This document shows, in pieces, positions 15,625 to 30,938 of a DNA stretch of 64,000 bases (position 1 is the stretch's first letter; every line of letters starts with the position of its first letter). Source of the DNA: the human T2T-CHM13v2.0 reference genome, Homo sapiens. The DNA lies in NCBI RefSeq assembly GCF_009914755.1, contig NC_060934.1; one strand, given 5' to 3'. The notes beneath the pieces are model-generated. The model made no database searches, was not told the origin of the DNA, and saw nothing but the letters and a program-made list of their open reading frames with translations. A program made the translations under genes and the position numbers.

Positions 15625-16780
15625 TGTTTTACAAGAATCACAGTGACTACTGTGTTGAGAATAAAATAGGATCAACAGTACAAGCTGAGGCCCCTACCAG
15701 GAAGCTATTTTAGTAATCAAGATGAGAAATGATGGTGACACGGACATATTTAGTAGCATAGTACTTGGGGAGAAGTGGTTCAACCTTTGAATATATTTTA
15801 AATGAAGACGTCTTTTGGGGTCTCCAAGACCACCCTCATATTCAAATCGTTGACTAGAAGAATTGACAGGATTCAGTATCAGTCATGGTCATAGTTACAG
15901 TTTATTGTAGCTAAAGAATCTGTGGCAAAATCACCAAGGAAAAGGCACATGTAGCCAAGTCCAGGAGAAGCCAGGCCAAGCTCCCAAGTGTTTGCCCCTA
16001 TGGCTGTCACATGTTTAATTCTCTCAGCAACAAAATGTTACAACACATGTGATGTGTTGCCAACCAGGGAAACTCACTTGAGCCTCACTGCCAGGGTTTT
16101 TAATTGGGGGCCACCCACATAGGTGCACCGCACCTGCATGCCTGACTTCAGCTCTTCAGAACAAAAGTAGGTTATTCGCCATAAATCACATTCTTAGGAC
16201 AAACTTATTTGGTCATGCTGGTACAGTATGGCCTGAATTCTCAAGCATCCAAAAACAATCTTAGCAGACAAAGTATTCCAAGGGCTCAGAGGTTATATTC
16301 CAAGAGCAAGGACTAGTCCTGAAGACAAGCCTTTCTTTGGAATGTGCAGGATTTGAACAACCCCCCTGTAAGGAGCTAACGCTTTCTGGCACAGGGGAAG
16401 TTGCCAAAATTTTCTGTTGGCTTGGCCTGAGGAGCTCGGAGCAATAAACTAAAATAGGAACATTGTGAAAAAGTACATTTAGAAGGAACATTCGGTTCTC
16501 ACGGTGAGATGCGTTGAATTTGAAGGGTCTATTAAACATCCAGAAGGAGGTGTTCATCATGCAGACAGAAGTACAAGTCTGAAGTTGGTGTAGAGTTTTA
16601 AACAAAAGATACAATTTTGAGATGATGATCATATAACCATCAGAGTCCATTTATTCACTGAAAGACTGAATATAGATAACAAAGGGAAGAAGACCAAAGA
16701 CTAGATCCTAATCTATACCAATATTGGAGGTCAGGAATAGGAAGGGGAATTAGGAAAGGAGATAGCGATGTCCTGCAGAA
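15625..16780 (-). mobile_element. L2 fragment split by the LTR at 15809-16393
   Basis: aggaagctattttagtaatcaagatgagaaatgatggtg; gttgaatttgaagggtctattaaacatccag. Confidence 0.65.
15809..16393 (-). mobile_element. MER77-family solo LTR
   Basis: Reverse complement contains cctgcacattccaaagaaagg...aacctctgagcccttggaata; other end ggggtctccaagaccacc. Confidence 0.75.
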
Positions 16781-17230
16781 CCAGTTTATCTTTTCACTGA
16801 TTTTTCTCTGTTAGTTAAAGGCCACCCCAGGGGGAAATGAATCTCAGGTACCTCTGATTGTGTGCACGTAACTAACGTGATTCCATTAGGATAATGGCAA
16901 TTATCAAAGGCAGTCAGAGTTAAGGGCTCTTAAAATTAACAGCACACAAAAGCCTGAGAAGAAGCATAGTGAAACAATGAATGGGATCTTGAAGAGCAAA
17001 GAACTAGTCATGCCCATTACATAATATATGTAAAAATTACAAACCATAAAAACAAAAGTTACTTATAAACCCACCATATAATTTTAAAACTAAGTCGTTA
17101 TTCTTGCTGAAACTACTGGTCCATTTTTACTGAAACTACTGGTGTATTTTCTTCTGGTTCCTTATCTCTCCTTAAGGCAGCCACTTTTCTAAATATTTTA
17201 TTTAACATTTTTTAGCTATTTGAAAAAGCA

Positions 17231-17525
17231 GGACGGGTGCAGTAGCTCATGCCCATAATCCCAGCACTTTGGGAGGCCAAGGCAGCAGATCACCTGAGGT
17301 CAGGAGTTCGAGACCAGCCTGACCAACATGGAGAAACCGCATCTCTACTAAAAATAAAAAATTAGCTGGGCGTGGTGGCACATGGCTGTAATCCCAGCTA
17401 CTCAGGAGGCTGAGGCAGGATAATTGATTGAACGTGAGAGGCAGAGGTTGCCGTGAGCCAAGATTGCACCATTGCACTCCAGCCTGGGCAATAAGAGCAT
17501 GAATCTCAGTCTAAAAAAAAAAAAA
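17231..17525 (+). mobile_element. AluS (Sp/Sq-like)
   Basis: cagcctgaccaacatggagaaacc, ccattgcactccagcctgggcaataagagc, A tail. Confidence 0.93.
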
Positions 17526-17529
17526 GTTA

Positions 17530-17860
17530 CTAAACATTACACAACTTAAAATATGTATGATTTGATTTTGCTTCTTTTGTTTTATAAAACTAGTATCTTG
17601 CCATTTTAGTCTTCTGAGTTTAGCTTTTTCCATTCAACATTATCGTTTCTAAGATTCACCCATGTTATTCCATGTATAAATGTATCCTCATTCATTCTGT
17701 CTGCCATATAAAATTGTATCAGTTTTTAAATATTTTTTATTGCAATGTACATTTTGACTCTTCCTAGGTTTTGGCTGTTTTGAATAGAATTGCTATGTAT
17801 ATTCTTGTATGCATCTTCTTGTACACATGTGAAACAATTTAGCTAAAGTGTACTTTCAGA
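17530..17860 (-). mobile_element. L1ME 3' remnant
   Basis: cattcaacattatcgtttctaagattcacccatgtt...ttttggctgttttgaatag. Confidence 0.65.
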
Positions 17861-18199
17861 AGCGGTGTTTTTTAAAGTATGATATATACATGCTGGTCTT
17901 GATGGGTCATTGCTTACATAGAGATCTGTCTATTCATGTAGCAAAACTAAGCTTTTTATATTACAGAGAATGTATATGTTTTAATACCTATTTGTATTAT
18001 ACCTCATTATTTCTCTTCTCTTTCAGTGATTTCCTGGCTACTAGTACTTGCTTTTTCTCTCAAAGACCTACATAATTAACTTTATAATAAGTGATTTCTC
18101 CCATAAAATATTAGGAAACTTTCTTAAATGACTATCAGTATATGGGCACTGACGTACTTACCTGTGGGAGTGTAACAAACTATAAGAAATTCGTTTTGC

Positions 18200-19570
18200 G
18201 TTTACCGTTTTACCCAGAAAACCCACGTCTAGAAGTTTACCTGAAGATACATCTTTACAAATACAAAACAACGTATTCAACATTATTTATAAAAGCAAAA
18301 TATTAGAGAGAGACAATGGTTGAATAAATGATGGCATATACTAACAATGAAATATTACAAATGTAAAAAGAGAGAGACTGAGACAATAAAATATGTCCAT
18401 GAATTGATAACTGAAAAAGAACTAGTACACACATTATATAAGGAATGCCCATTGTTGTGTATAAAACAGGAAAATATTTAAAAATGCATGATTGCTTATA
18501 TTTGTAAAATCAAACAGATAGACAAAATCAGGAACTACTGAGAAATCATTAATTAGTAAAAATGGTTACCTATGGCAGATAGTTGAAAAAGGAATGGAGG
18601 AATAGGAATGTGAGTGGTACTTCTATCAATTTACATTTTCACATAGCTTTAAATTTTGAACCATGTAAATATTTACATATTCAAAAATATATAAAACAGT
18701 AACTCAAAATAATAGTGTAAAAAACTACTTTGATCAAAAGCCTGAAAAAGGAATCATAATAGTTTGGTATTAATGAATTATAACACAGGAGTTCATAGTG
18801 ATAGGCTTGAAAGAAAATGAAGAGAAATGCCAGTTAATAAACATAGACTGAATGATAGACTTAGAAAATATCATTGTGCAATCACCAATATAATATTTGA
18901 TTCAGATAATTAATGGATGCTAATAGCATTGGATGAGAATTTGTTGGGTAAGAGGACATTATTCAACATTCACAAGGTGTCCATCCATAAATAATAGCTC
19001 ATTAACTAGAAAAGAAAGAGGTATTTTTACAATTATAAAATCTGAAAATAATTATTTTACCATTTATTCGTGGTGTTTACTATTGTCAATAATGGGAAAA
19101 ATTGGCAATACGTGCCTCCTGATATGGTGCACCAGGAAGTATATGACACCTGTGTAGTAGTATTGACAGTACGTAAATCTGAGAAGAGTTCAGAGGAAAT
19201 AATCCAACAAATTCAAAGGCATTCTTAAGACACGGTCTTTGAACTCTACATAAATGTCAGTGTCATGAAAAAGCAGTAGAGCTTTTCTAGATTTAAGAGA
19301 AAAACCCTCCCACAATGTAAAGTGTGATCCTTTCTGTATCTCAGATTGAAACAATAAACAAACACTTTTGGGCAGCTGAAGCAATTTGAATATAGATGGC
19401 ATAATTAGAAAATATTGGATCATTGTCATGTTTCTTGGTTGTGATCGTTGTATTGTGGTTATGTAGAAGCTATCCTAATTCTTAGGAAATGCAGACCAAA
19501 CTACTGATGAGCAAAATATCATGACGTCTGCAGCTTACATTCTAATTATTCAATAATCCAATCTACAGAT
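18200..19570 (+). mobile_element. L1MC/L1ME 3'UTR remnants
   Basis: atggttgaataaatgatggcata; ttttgggcagctgaagcaatttgaatatagat; gtattgtggttatgtag. Confidence 0.6.
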
Positions 19571-20049
19571 TCTAGAAACAGAGATAGCATCTTTACACAA
19601 AGTGACTAATGAATTAACATAGACATCCATTCCATTTCAGATTAAGATAATGTGGCCTTCTATGCCCACTGCAGAGAAATGTGTGGGTATTTTAGCCTGT
19701 ATATTAGTTGTAATAAAAAGATTGTTTCTTACATAAAATGGATAATTTTATCTTTCATCATTTTCTGCTTTGTTCAACAGTTCAATAATATAAATAATTT
19801 AAAAAGCTATCTTTTGTTATTTTTATATTATCTTCTTACAGCCAGTGGAGTGAATGCTATGCACAAATGTAGATGTGGACCCTCCTGGGGCCTTTTTCAT
19901 GCATCCACCGAGTTTTACATCATTCTTTCCTTGTTCATCTTTCACCCCACACCCCACATCCCACACGTTCAATCTACCAGAAGATCCTCATATCAAACTT
20001 ACCCCAAGAGTTGTTTTCTCCATATCAGTTAACTTCAAGACAACCTTTG

Positions 20050-20920
20050 CAGTGTATAGGTCAAAAGCCTTGGACTTCTGTCTTTCTTTCAAACACATCA
20101 GTTATACCCTCAAAAAATGTCTAGAATCTAATCATCTTTACCACCTCTATGGTTACTGCTCTGATCTGAGACATCAACATCTCTTGCCTCAAGTACTACA
20201 AGAGCCTATTGTAATAAGGAGCCTATTTATTCTTCCTGCTGCTACCACTGCCCCATCACCCATAGCTTATTCTCAACCCAGCACCCAGAGTTATTATTTT
20301 AAATGGTAATTCAGATGGACACTTCTCCTCTTAGAAGCCTCCAATGGCAATTCATCACATTCAGAACAAAAGCCAAAATTCTCCAGTCTCCTGCAAAGCC
20401 CTGAAAGTGTATCCTTTATTGCCTCTCTGGGCCCTCTTTCAAAGTTCCATCCTATCATCTTTCATTTTTCTCTGAACATCCTGCTTTCCTTACCTTTCCA
20501 AAAAACATGCCTAGCACATTTTTGCTTTAGGGCCTCATGATTGATTTTCTCTCTATCTGGCATGCTCTTGCTCTGGTATCTACATGGCTCAGTGTTTCAC
20601 TTCCCCTCACATCCTTGCAATTCTCTGCTCAAAAGTCACTTTCTTGGCTGCTTTATTAAAAATCGTAAGACTCCCAGGATACCTTACATTCCACCCCTTT
20701 CTGCTTTATTTTCCTTCATGATAACAATCTCCTTTTAATATATGGTATAATTTTGAATCTGTTTTTAACTGTCTGTCTCCCCTTCATTATAATGAAAGCT
20801 CCATGTGGGTAGGGAGTTTGATCGATTTCTTCACAGCTATATATATATTCCTTGTGCTTAGAGCGGTGCTAGCACATTAATAGACAGTGAAAGCAAATAT
20901 TTAGAAAATAAGTGAATGCA
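20050..20920 (+). mobile_element. L2 3' portion
   Basis: ctcaacccagcacccagag...ctccaatggc...aatgaaagctccatg...aatatttagaaaataagtgaatg. Confidence 0.8.
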
Positions 20921-23576
20921 AATGCATCAAAATGTAGAAATGTATTGTCTGCCAAATATTTATGCTGGGATTCCACATGAACCACATACTTCATGCATAG
21001 GAATAATCTTAAAGCTAGACTATCAACTATAGCTCTGTAATAAAAACAATATTGGTCTGTAGAATATGCTAGAAGTTAGGCAATATATTTTATTTTATTG
21101 TCTTACTTTCCTGTTATTGTTGTTAGAAATTAGTGTGTACTTGAACAAGAATTTTGATGATAATCAGAAAACCAAAAGACAGAAGGAAAGAGGATATTTT
21201 TTGAGACCATAATTGACCATTAGAAATTCATATTGTTGGCGATAAAATCGTAGAAAAAATAATAAGGCAAATAAAGTAATACCAATAGTATGCCTAAATG
21301 GTTTAATAGAGGATTTTGCAAATCATTAAGGAAACTGTGCTATTATTGATTCAAAATACATATACTGAGCACCTACTCTGTGTCACTTGCTGTTCTAGAT
21401 GCTTCTGGTACAGGGGGAAAAACAAACAGAACAAGATAAGTTACATTTTTGTTGAAGGCTTTTATTCCAGTGCTGATGCACAACATAGTGAACAAGATCC
21501 ACTGTTCTTGAAATAAATCATCTGTATTACCCATTGGAAAGAACTGCGTGTCACAAAATCATCAACTCTGTTTTTTTTGCCCCTATTTGAAGCGACACTA
21601 CGAAGTATTTTTAAACCAAAACTATAGGTATGTGTACCTCCCAGGTGCATACAGATAAACTTCCCACTTGGAGAAATGACGCAGGCTGGTGAGCCATCAG
21701 TGGATAAAATTATGTAAACTCATCTTCCATAGACCAGTTATGATGATTTTAAAATAACCTCACTTAAAACCATTCCCCAAGAGTTAACAACAGTCTATCT
21801 GTCTCGGAGAAACTTGAAAAGTAACAAGCAATTCATCGTTCTTGGCTGAGGGGGTCGCCAAGCAGACAATCACGGAGGCTTAAGGCCGTGCATTCCAGTC
21901 TAGTTAGAAGGGTTCCATCAGCCAGACCCTGTCAGCACGCGGCGCCAGGTGTTGAAAATGTGACTGCAGTGAGGTTTCCCTGACAGCACGGGAGAGAAAG
22001 AATGCTTTTCGCTGAAATTTCAAAGGTTAGAAAATGGATTTTGAAGTCAAAGGCATGGTGCGGGTAAAATTTTCTTTTATTTGACTCTCTTGCTGAATGA
22101 GTCAACACATATCGGAGTCATACAACCATAAGGGACACCTTACCCTTCAGAAAGAGGACAAATCAGATGCTTTTAAGAAAAAGCGTAACAGTCATCTTTG
22201 GTAGCATTTGACAACATGTATATATATATTAAAAAAATGAGTGTTTGCATTTTACCATCTACTTGTAAAAGGAAGAAAGCCATGTTCCTTCGAGGTAGGG
22301 TTTGTCCTAGTTGATACAGGTCTGTGTCAATTTCCTCTTTCTGTTTCTAACAAAAGGAAAAAGCTTTCAATTCTATGCAATGAAATCTCAGTTATATTTT
22401 TTTCTTGTGGAAAAAAAAGAAGATCATATTATTCATGCTTCAAAAATAAATGATTGCTGCTACATTTTTCTGCTAGTTCCTCGTATTTTGAGAGCAATAC
22501 AAAAACATAACCTATTGGTTGAGCCACTGAGTTTGCTTTCTTTATGAGATGGTATTTTGTAGATGAAGAAAATCTTTCTGAGGGTATTATGAAAAAAGTA
22601 GATTCTTATCTTTTGATACTCCTATCATTCTATCATGAAACTCCTTGATGATTCTGCACCTTTATAGCTAAATGCTTTACTAAAGGCAGACAGAGAATGC
22701 TTGGTAGGAGAAAAGGACTTGAAGAAATTAGAATTGAAATGCTATTTTGATGCATGCTAATGCAAGTCTGTGTGCATGACTGTATTAGGTTGTTCAAGTT
22801 CAATTGTACAAACCATTATGTCCATGAAACATATTTCCAAAGACAGCTATATTTGAAGAGAAAAATTACCAATGGTCACACGAGTAAAAAGGGCAAATAG
22901 ATACTAATTTTATTTTATACCTTTTAAATAAGCAGATTGCTTCTGCCATGAATACAGAGTTTAATTAATAGAAGTACTCATTTCCTAACCAATAGAGAGA
23001 ATACTTATATATTCTTCTATATATCTCCATTGCCTGCTTTATGAAACTTTGATTCAAGTTCTAGTATTTAATAGCTATGAAATATTTTAATATGAGTTTG
23101 GGTCTCTATTCATAAGTGAAGAGTTGTTTCTATAACATGCAATTCTGCCAAAAAAAAAAAAAAACCAGAAAAGAAGATAATACAATTTTATCTCCCTTTT
23201 ATTTCCAAGAAAGTATTCCAACAGAGACCAATTTTAATGCAGTTAAATTGAAAGCCATGTCTTTTCTGGTGCTGCTCTGCTGTGAGAAACACCATCGAAT
23301 TTATGTTGGCATCCTCATATCATATTTGCATAATCTCTATTTAAATGTGCGCCTCAAGCATTGTCAATGGGCTAAATGTGTGTTGCAGAAAGCCAAGAAC
23401 CGATAGTCATTATATGATACATTTCTGACATGAACATTAGGTCCCATGTTTCTCTGTTTGGCAAGTATGAATGTTTACTTTGGGGGTTGGAGAAAATATA
23501 AGGTGCTCTGGGCTTTCTACATATCCTTTCATTCAGTAGCAAGACTCATTGAAAGCAAAGTGGAGGAGAGAACTGA

Positions 23577-24032
<456 letters not shown>

Positions 24033-24381
24033 CTGTTTATGTATTTTTTATTCTACTTAATGCTATTCTTCTGGCTTAGAACTTCCTTTTTTCCATTTAT
24101 CTAATGGAATAACACCTTTGCTATGTTATCCCTCTTCCTAAAACAATATTTGAAGTACTGTATGTCCTGAATTAATACCTACTAGGATCCCAGGAACAAA
24201 TAAAGTTCTGAGCATCTCGATATCATAAGTTCATCAATATTAATTTTTACTATGTAAAACAGTGAACCCTGTTATTTCCACATGCCAACAATCCCAACAG
24301 TCAGAATTATAAATTATCAAGAAAAGTAATAAAAAGACCATTCTGGTTACTGAAAATTCTTAGTCCTTGACTCCTAGTTTG

Positions 24382-24789
<408 letters not shown>

Positions 24790-24879
24790 TAATTACATGT
24801 TGCCTGTACCTGGATGCATTCCTTACAGAAATGCTGAGTGACTATGATGTGCCAGGCATGTAATAGGCAGCATAAAATA

Positions 24880-25120
24880 TTGAACATGAGTCAGACTGTC
24901 CAGTTCAAATTCTATTTCCAACACATTCTGCCTATATGACTTTGTGCCGTCTATATGACTTTATAAGTCATCTGTGTGCCTTTACTAAATCTCTTTGTTT
25001 CTCAGTGTTTTCATCTTTAAATGGAAATAATAAGGATACCTGTGTCAGCGGGTTTTGTGATGAACAAAGGGAATTAGAAGGAATCTACACTGTTTGGGTA
25101 AGTAGCAGGCACTCCACCAA
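24880..25120 (+). mobile_element. MIR
   Basis: gagtcagactg...gttcaaattc...tgtttctcagtgttttcatctttaaatggaaataataa core. Confidence 0.7.
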
Positions 25121-25146
25121 GGTTTGCTTTGTTTGTTTGTTTCTAG

Positions 25147-25272
25147 AACAGTGGTTCTCAAACCATAAGAGGAACTTTTTATAAAATACCAATGTCCAAG
25201 TCCAACATCTAGACATCCTGACTTAAATGGTCTGAGTTAGGGCTTGGGCATTGTTATATTTTAAAAGTTCCC
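25147..25272. mobile_element. MER5-type hAT-Charlie fragment
   Basis: cagtggttctcaaac terminal motif; ggtctg...gggcatt...ttttaaaagttccc. Confidence 0.65.
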
Positions 25273-25355
25273 TTTAAAAATATAAATACTTACAGTAAAA
25301 AATGTATGTATATATATATTTATTTTATTTTTAGCTTACTAAATAGTTCTTTGTA

Positions 25356-25659
25356 GGCCAGGCATGGTAGCCCAAGCCTGTAATCCCAGAACTTTAGGAG
25401 GCCAAGGTGGGCAGATCACTTGAGGTCAGGAGTACAAGACAAGCCTGGCCAACGTGGTGAAACCCCATCTCTACAAAAATACAAAAATTAGCCAGGCATG
25501 GTGGTGGGTGTCTGTAATCCCAGCTAATCAGGAGGCTGAGGAGGGAGAATCGCTTGAACCTGGCAGGTGGGGGTTGCAGTGACCCAAGATCACACCACAC
25601 CACTGCATTCCAGCTGGGGCTACAGAGCGAGACTCCATCTCAAAAAAAAAAAAAAAAAA
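25356..25659 (+). mobile_element. AluSx/Sz-like
   Basis: Both arms and A tail. Confidence 0.95.
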
Positions 25660-25668
25660 GGTAAATAA

Positions 25669-26060
<392 letters not shown>

Positions 26061-26879
26061 CCAATCTATTTTTATACCCAAGAAATATGTAAACTTCCAA
26101 CTGCAGCCTGAAATAATAAAAAAGAAGAAGTCAGCATATTTCAGATTGAGAAAAAATATGTAATTTTAAAAATATATATATTCTAGATAGATAATATATA
26201 AGTATATATTCTATATAATTTTAATATAAAATTGTATGCCAAAGTTAATTCTAAATGGTACCTATAAGCCACCATTCTAGACATTAAGAATACAAAGTAA
26301 GCTTATAAAATTGCTGCCCTCATGGAGATTCCAAAAACATAAGAAATGTAAAATTGGAGTCCACATATTATTCAATTTTATCCCCAGAAAGTGTCACATT
26401 TTCTATCACCTAAATGCTTAAAAATATTTTTCAAATGAATGAATGAATAAATGAATCATCTAGGAGAGACTTCTGATTCCAGCTACTCTCCTGCATACTG
26501 TGATTTCTGGCTCTCTTTAGCAACTGCAATACTTAGTTATGCTAAATAGATTTAATGACATGACTTTTGACTATATTAAATCCAATTGCTCTTTATTAGT
26601 AGATATCAGCATTTTGTAATAAGCCATCATGTAGCACCTCATGGCTGCTGTTACCCTGCTAGGCATTTTACAAAAGAAAACCATGAGCACATTCCATTTA
26701 TTGGGGAAAATATTGCCTTTGTGACAGTATTCATGGAAAAATGCCTGTGCAAAAAACCTGTTATGGTAAATGTAAACATAAAACAAGAAAAGGCATTCTA
26801 AAAGAATGATCTATTACACTGTATTTGGTATATGTCCACACTGATTTAAGGTGTGTCATCTTAAATGTTCTAGTCAATG

Positions 26880-27180
26880 TGATAGAAGGTTTCTGGAAAA
26901 GCTTTTTGCTTTTCTGACAGATGCAAGAGAAATGTAATCATGTTGTCCCTATTCCCTATTCTGAGCTTGAACGCCAATGTGATTCCTGGAGATGCAGCAG
27001 CCACCTTGCAGCCACAAGGCAACCAACATGAAAACAAAAAGCCAACACACAAGGTATCAAAGACTTCCAACCTTAAAGGCATTGTTGAAATGCTACATCA
27101 AGGCTGGCAGCCAACTGACCACACAATTTTTTATATCAAGAAAAATAAGTGCCTCTTACTTGAATTACTAACTGATTAGT
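26880..27180 (+). mobile_element. Old MLT1 (J/K/L-type) LTR fragment
   Basis: gtgattcctggagatgcagcagccaccttgcagccac...aaagccaacac. Confidence 0.6.
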
Positions 27181-27435
27181 CATTCAATCAGTTACTGATT
27201 GTAACTGTTTGATTCAATCAGCATTTATAACAGATAGGTGCCCATAATGACTAGGCCATGGTTACCCACATCACAAATAGTTGAGTGCAATCAATGTAGA
27301 TTCAAAATGGCAGCTGAAGAAGGGATTCTGTTGACTTAGTTGAAGAAGTTGTAGGAAATGGAAACTCACTGGAATTGGATGGCCAATCTTTTTGAACATA
27401 AAGTCATAAAACTTGCTAAAATTTGAGTAAACCAT

Positions 27436-27797
27436 TGATATGGTTTGGCTCTGTGTCCCCTCCCAAAACTCATCTTGAATTGTAATCCCCACATGTTGAG
27501 GAAGGGACCTGGTGAGAGGTGATTGGTTGATGGGGGCAAGTTCCCACCATGCTGTTCTCATGATGGTGAGTGATTTCTCACAAGATATGACGACTTAAAA
27601 GTGTTTGGCAGTTCACCCCTCACTCTTCTTCTCTCTTGCTGCCATGTAAGACGTGCCTTGCTTCCCTTCCGCCATGATTATAAGTTTTCTGAGGCCTCTT
27701 TAGTCATGTGGAACTGTGAGTCAATTAAACCAGCTTTCTATATAAACTACCCAGTCTCAAGTAGTTCTTTATAGCAGTGTGAGAATGGATTAATACA
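27436..27797 (+). mobile_element. THE1D/MSTA-like MaLR solo LTR
   Basis: tgatatggtttggctctgtgtcc...ctttatagcagtgtgagaatggattaataca; TSD accat/atcat. Confidence 0.92.
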
Positions 27798-29039
27798 ATC
27801 ATAATATGAAAGGAATAAATATCAATGAATTTGATAAACTTGTGAGCTCTAACAATATTACTAGGTAGCTTTCTGTCAGTTAGAAAAGGTTTCCTAGTAC
27901 TTTATCTGTTAGATTTCAGTTATTACCTGGTCAATTGTGTACCTGTATTTTTATCTGAAAGTAAAATTTTTTTTGCAGAGGTATAGCATGGTGTCTAGTA
28001 TACACATGGTTAAGTCCAGGAGTTACGTTGTTAAATGGTTTAGAAAAATCCTAAAGATTTTATATAGGTGTTTGAAGATTTACTAAGTGCTACGTAATTC
28101 AAAAGCATCCATGCCTTTTCTGTATGGTTCTGTTCAGTTTATCTTCTTATAACCTTGCTTGAGGACAAATTTAATGAACATGTTTAAAGAATTTTAAGAC
28201 AAAGAAGAATACGTAACATTTTTTTCCATACAGAACTTACTTTGGGACCCTTAAATTATATATTTTTGTCATTATTATTTATTTAAGCTTGTAACTTCAC
28301 TTCACTTAGATATCAGAAGAGATAATTTGCAGATTTTCTGATTTCAGACCTAACAAGAAATGAGTATACCAAAGGATGCCTGTATGTCGGGAAAGAAAAT
28401 GACTGGTTCAGCAAATAGACACTTTTCAAGAAAATATGTTGACTTCCTTAAAAAAAATGGCACGTTAGCAAATCCTTGTGAGTGAACCCACTGACTCCAC
28501 CCTGAAGTAACTGAGAGTGTGCAGGTTTTCTCCAGACATCAAGACTGATCTCTGGGTCATGTGCTCATGTCAGGTAGTCATGTTATTTGGTTTTAAGGCC
28601 ACAGAGAAGCATCAAGGCTCATGTAATGAGTGTTGATGGGATTGTGACTGTGGAGCCAGGGTTCCTGGGAATATCACAAGATCCAAATTATCCACAAATA
28701 GAGATATTCCCTGATACTCTGAAAGCGTGTTCTTTGGAGAGGCGAGCTCTATTAAATGACACAAGTAAAAGACAGATTCTGATCATGGCTCTTCCAAGCT
28801 TTCTTGGAGGGACTAGGGCCACATGGGAATGCCAGAAGCCTGCTCGACATCCACATCCAGGAGGCTGGAGAATGGCTTGCTGCCAACCATGGCTGAGGGG
28901 TTAAGAAGAAAATAGAGTCATGAATCTTTTATTTTTCCTATGTTCAGGCCCACTGCGAGCTTTACCAATGTTATTTCGTTCTATCCATTGCATTCTGTCC
29001 CTCTCATTCTATCTCAAACCCACAGGGTCCACAGTGTTC

Positions 29040-29430
29040 TTTCTATTTTAGAGCCTAACAAACAACCCCACAAGCTGAGACTCAGAGAGATTACACATCT
29101 TCTTCAAGACAACAGAGCAAGGAGCAGAGCCAGGATTCAAAACCAGCTTTTTTCTAAATCTAAACCTCATTCTCCTTGATCGTTCATCTCCACACTCCCT
29201 AGGTCCAGTTCTGGCTTTATTTTACTTTATAATAATGAGTCCATATATATGTGCCAGGCTGAGATCTAAGTGTTTTCCAGCAATCAGTCCTTTCAACAAT
29301 CCTACATGGTAGGTTCTGCTATTAGCCTCATTTTACAGATACAGTAGCTAAGGTACAGAAAGGTACCTTGCCTGCAGTTACTCGGTTAGTGGAGCCACAG
29401 TCTAGTTCCATGCTCTTAACCACTTATACT
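29040..29430 (-). mobile_element. MIR fragments
   Basis: ctgagactcagagag...gcagagccaggattcaaaacc; ctcattttacagat...gctcttaaccact. Confidence 0.7.
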
Positions 29431-29617
29431 AGTAGCACTCTATGGCATCCTTTACTTTTTACTTATTTATTGTCTGTTTACTCCATTCCCACTATAATGT
29501 ATGGAGGTATGACCATACATAATGTATAATAATGTAAGCTCTGTGAGAACCAAGATTTGTTTTTAATCCACTACCTCTTCTCCAGGGCTTAGAAGAGTGC
29601 CTAACATACTGAAGATT

Positions 29618-29910
29618 CTTTTTTGCATATATTTAAGGTGTACAGCATTATGTTTTGGTATGCATATATATGGTGAAATGATTACCACAGGTAAGCAAAT
29701 TAACCTATCCATCACCTTCCATAGTTACTTCGTGCGTGTGTGTGTGTGTGTGTGCGCTTGATAAGCGCATCTGAAATCTACTCTCTGAGCAAATGTACAT
29801 TATACAATATCCTTAACAATAGTCTTCATGCTTTACATCATAACTCTACAATTCATCCTACATTCTGTAAATTTGTACACTTTGACTTCTCCCCAATTCC
29901 TCCATCACCC
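29618..29910 (-). mobile_element. L1MA9/L1MB 3' terminus with (TG)n at ~29730-29755
   Basis: tatatttaaggtgtacagcatta...gtgaaatgattaccaca...aaatctactctct. Confidence 0.75.
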
Positions 29911-30938
29911 CTTCTTCAAATATTTAAGATTCTTAATCAAAACTTATTGAATAAATCATGCTACTTATTTGGGGACACAGGGAGCTGATATTAGAGCTGG
30001 GGATTCTCAGGAGTTAGGTCCAACGTAAGTCAACCTGGGACGCCTGGAGAGAGGTGTTTCCTGCTGTGCATGTGGCTGACCACCAGGGTATTTCTTGGGT
30101 GCCCAGACAACAGAATTCCTTGGTGAGAAATCTCTGTGGTGCTTTTTTTGAGCATTATTCATTCTGGCAGGAGCATCTAATTAAAAGAATCATAACCCTT
30201 TTGATGGTAGATTTCAATGGGGTTCCCTTAGATCCTTATCTCATGTGGATGTTAGATTCAAAGTAACACAGAATTGAGAGTTTGACAGCTTATGTTACAA
30301 CACAAACATATGTGACCTTGGGGAAGTTTTCAGCATCTCTGAGTTTCAGTTTTATCCTTTCTAAATCAGTCTTAATAACATTGAGCTCACAGTACTCGGT
30401 TGATAATCTGGTCCACAGTAGAAATACAAGTTCAGTTGTGTCCTGGAATTAGAGCTCTGTTATATCTCATTCCACCTCCTGTTGGGAATGACAGTTGGAA
30501 CAGCCCGACTTGTCAGCATTATGAGATGGTGACAAACTCCCCTGATGTTGAGGCAACAGTTTCACCATGGCTGCTCTGTGTCTTCATTCCTGAAGAGTGA
30601 GGTGAAGAGGGCAAAAGTCAAGTCCACCTGATGAAGTACAAGGTCATCCCCCACAAAGAGTGTGAGCAACCTTAGAGAAAGGTAGAAGAGGAACCCCAAT
30701 CAACAACGTTTGCATGGGTGGACATAGAGCCAGGGTTAGAGAAGCAGAAAGTATTAATATTTTTAAAATACAATTTGGTTCCTGCCTGAAACCCTGCCAA
30801 GCTGGTAAAGAAAATGACAGTTCTGGAACAGTGTTCCTTAACTTATTATTGTCATCCCGGAAACGTTTCTCAGCATTTTCCACCAATCACCTCTGTACTC
30901 CTATGCAATGTAAATACTGCAGATATACTGTGTATCTG

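Noticed and set aside
18156-18164. Perfect minus-strand donor CAG|GTAAGT
   Set aside because: Isolated 9-mer beside L1 remnants with no partner acceptor found; compatible with chance in 64 kb
19652-20309. Overlapping 126-aa and 151-aa ORFs
   Set aside because: They extend into or toward L2 sequence, with no recognisable protein features or convincing exon boundaries
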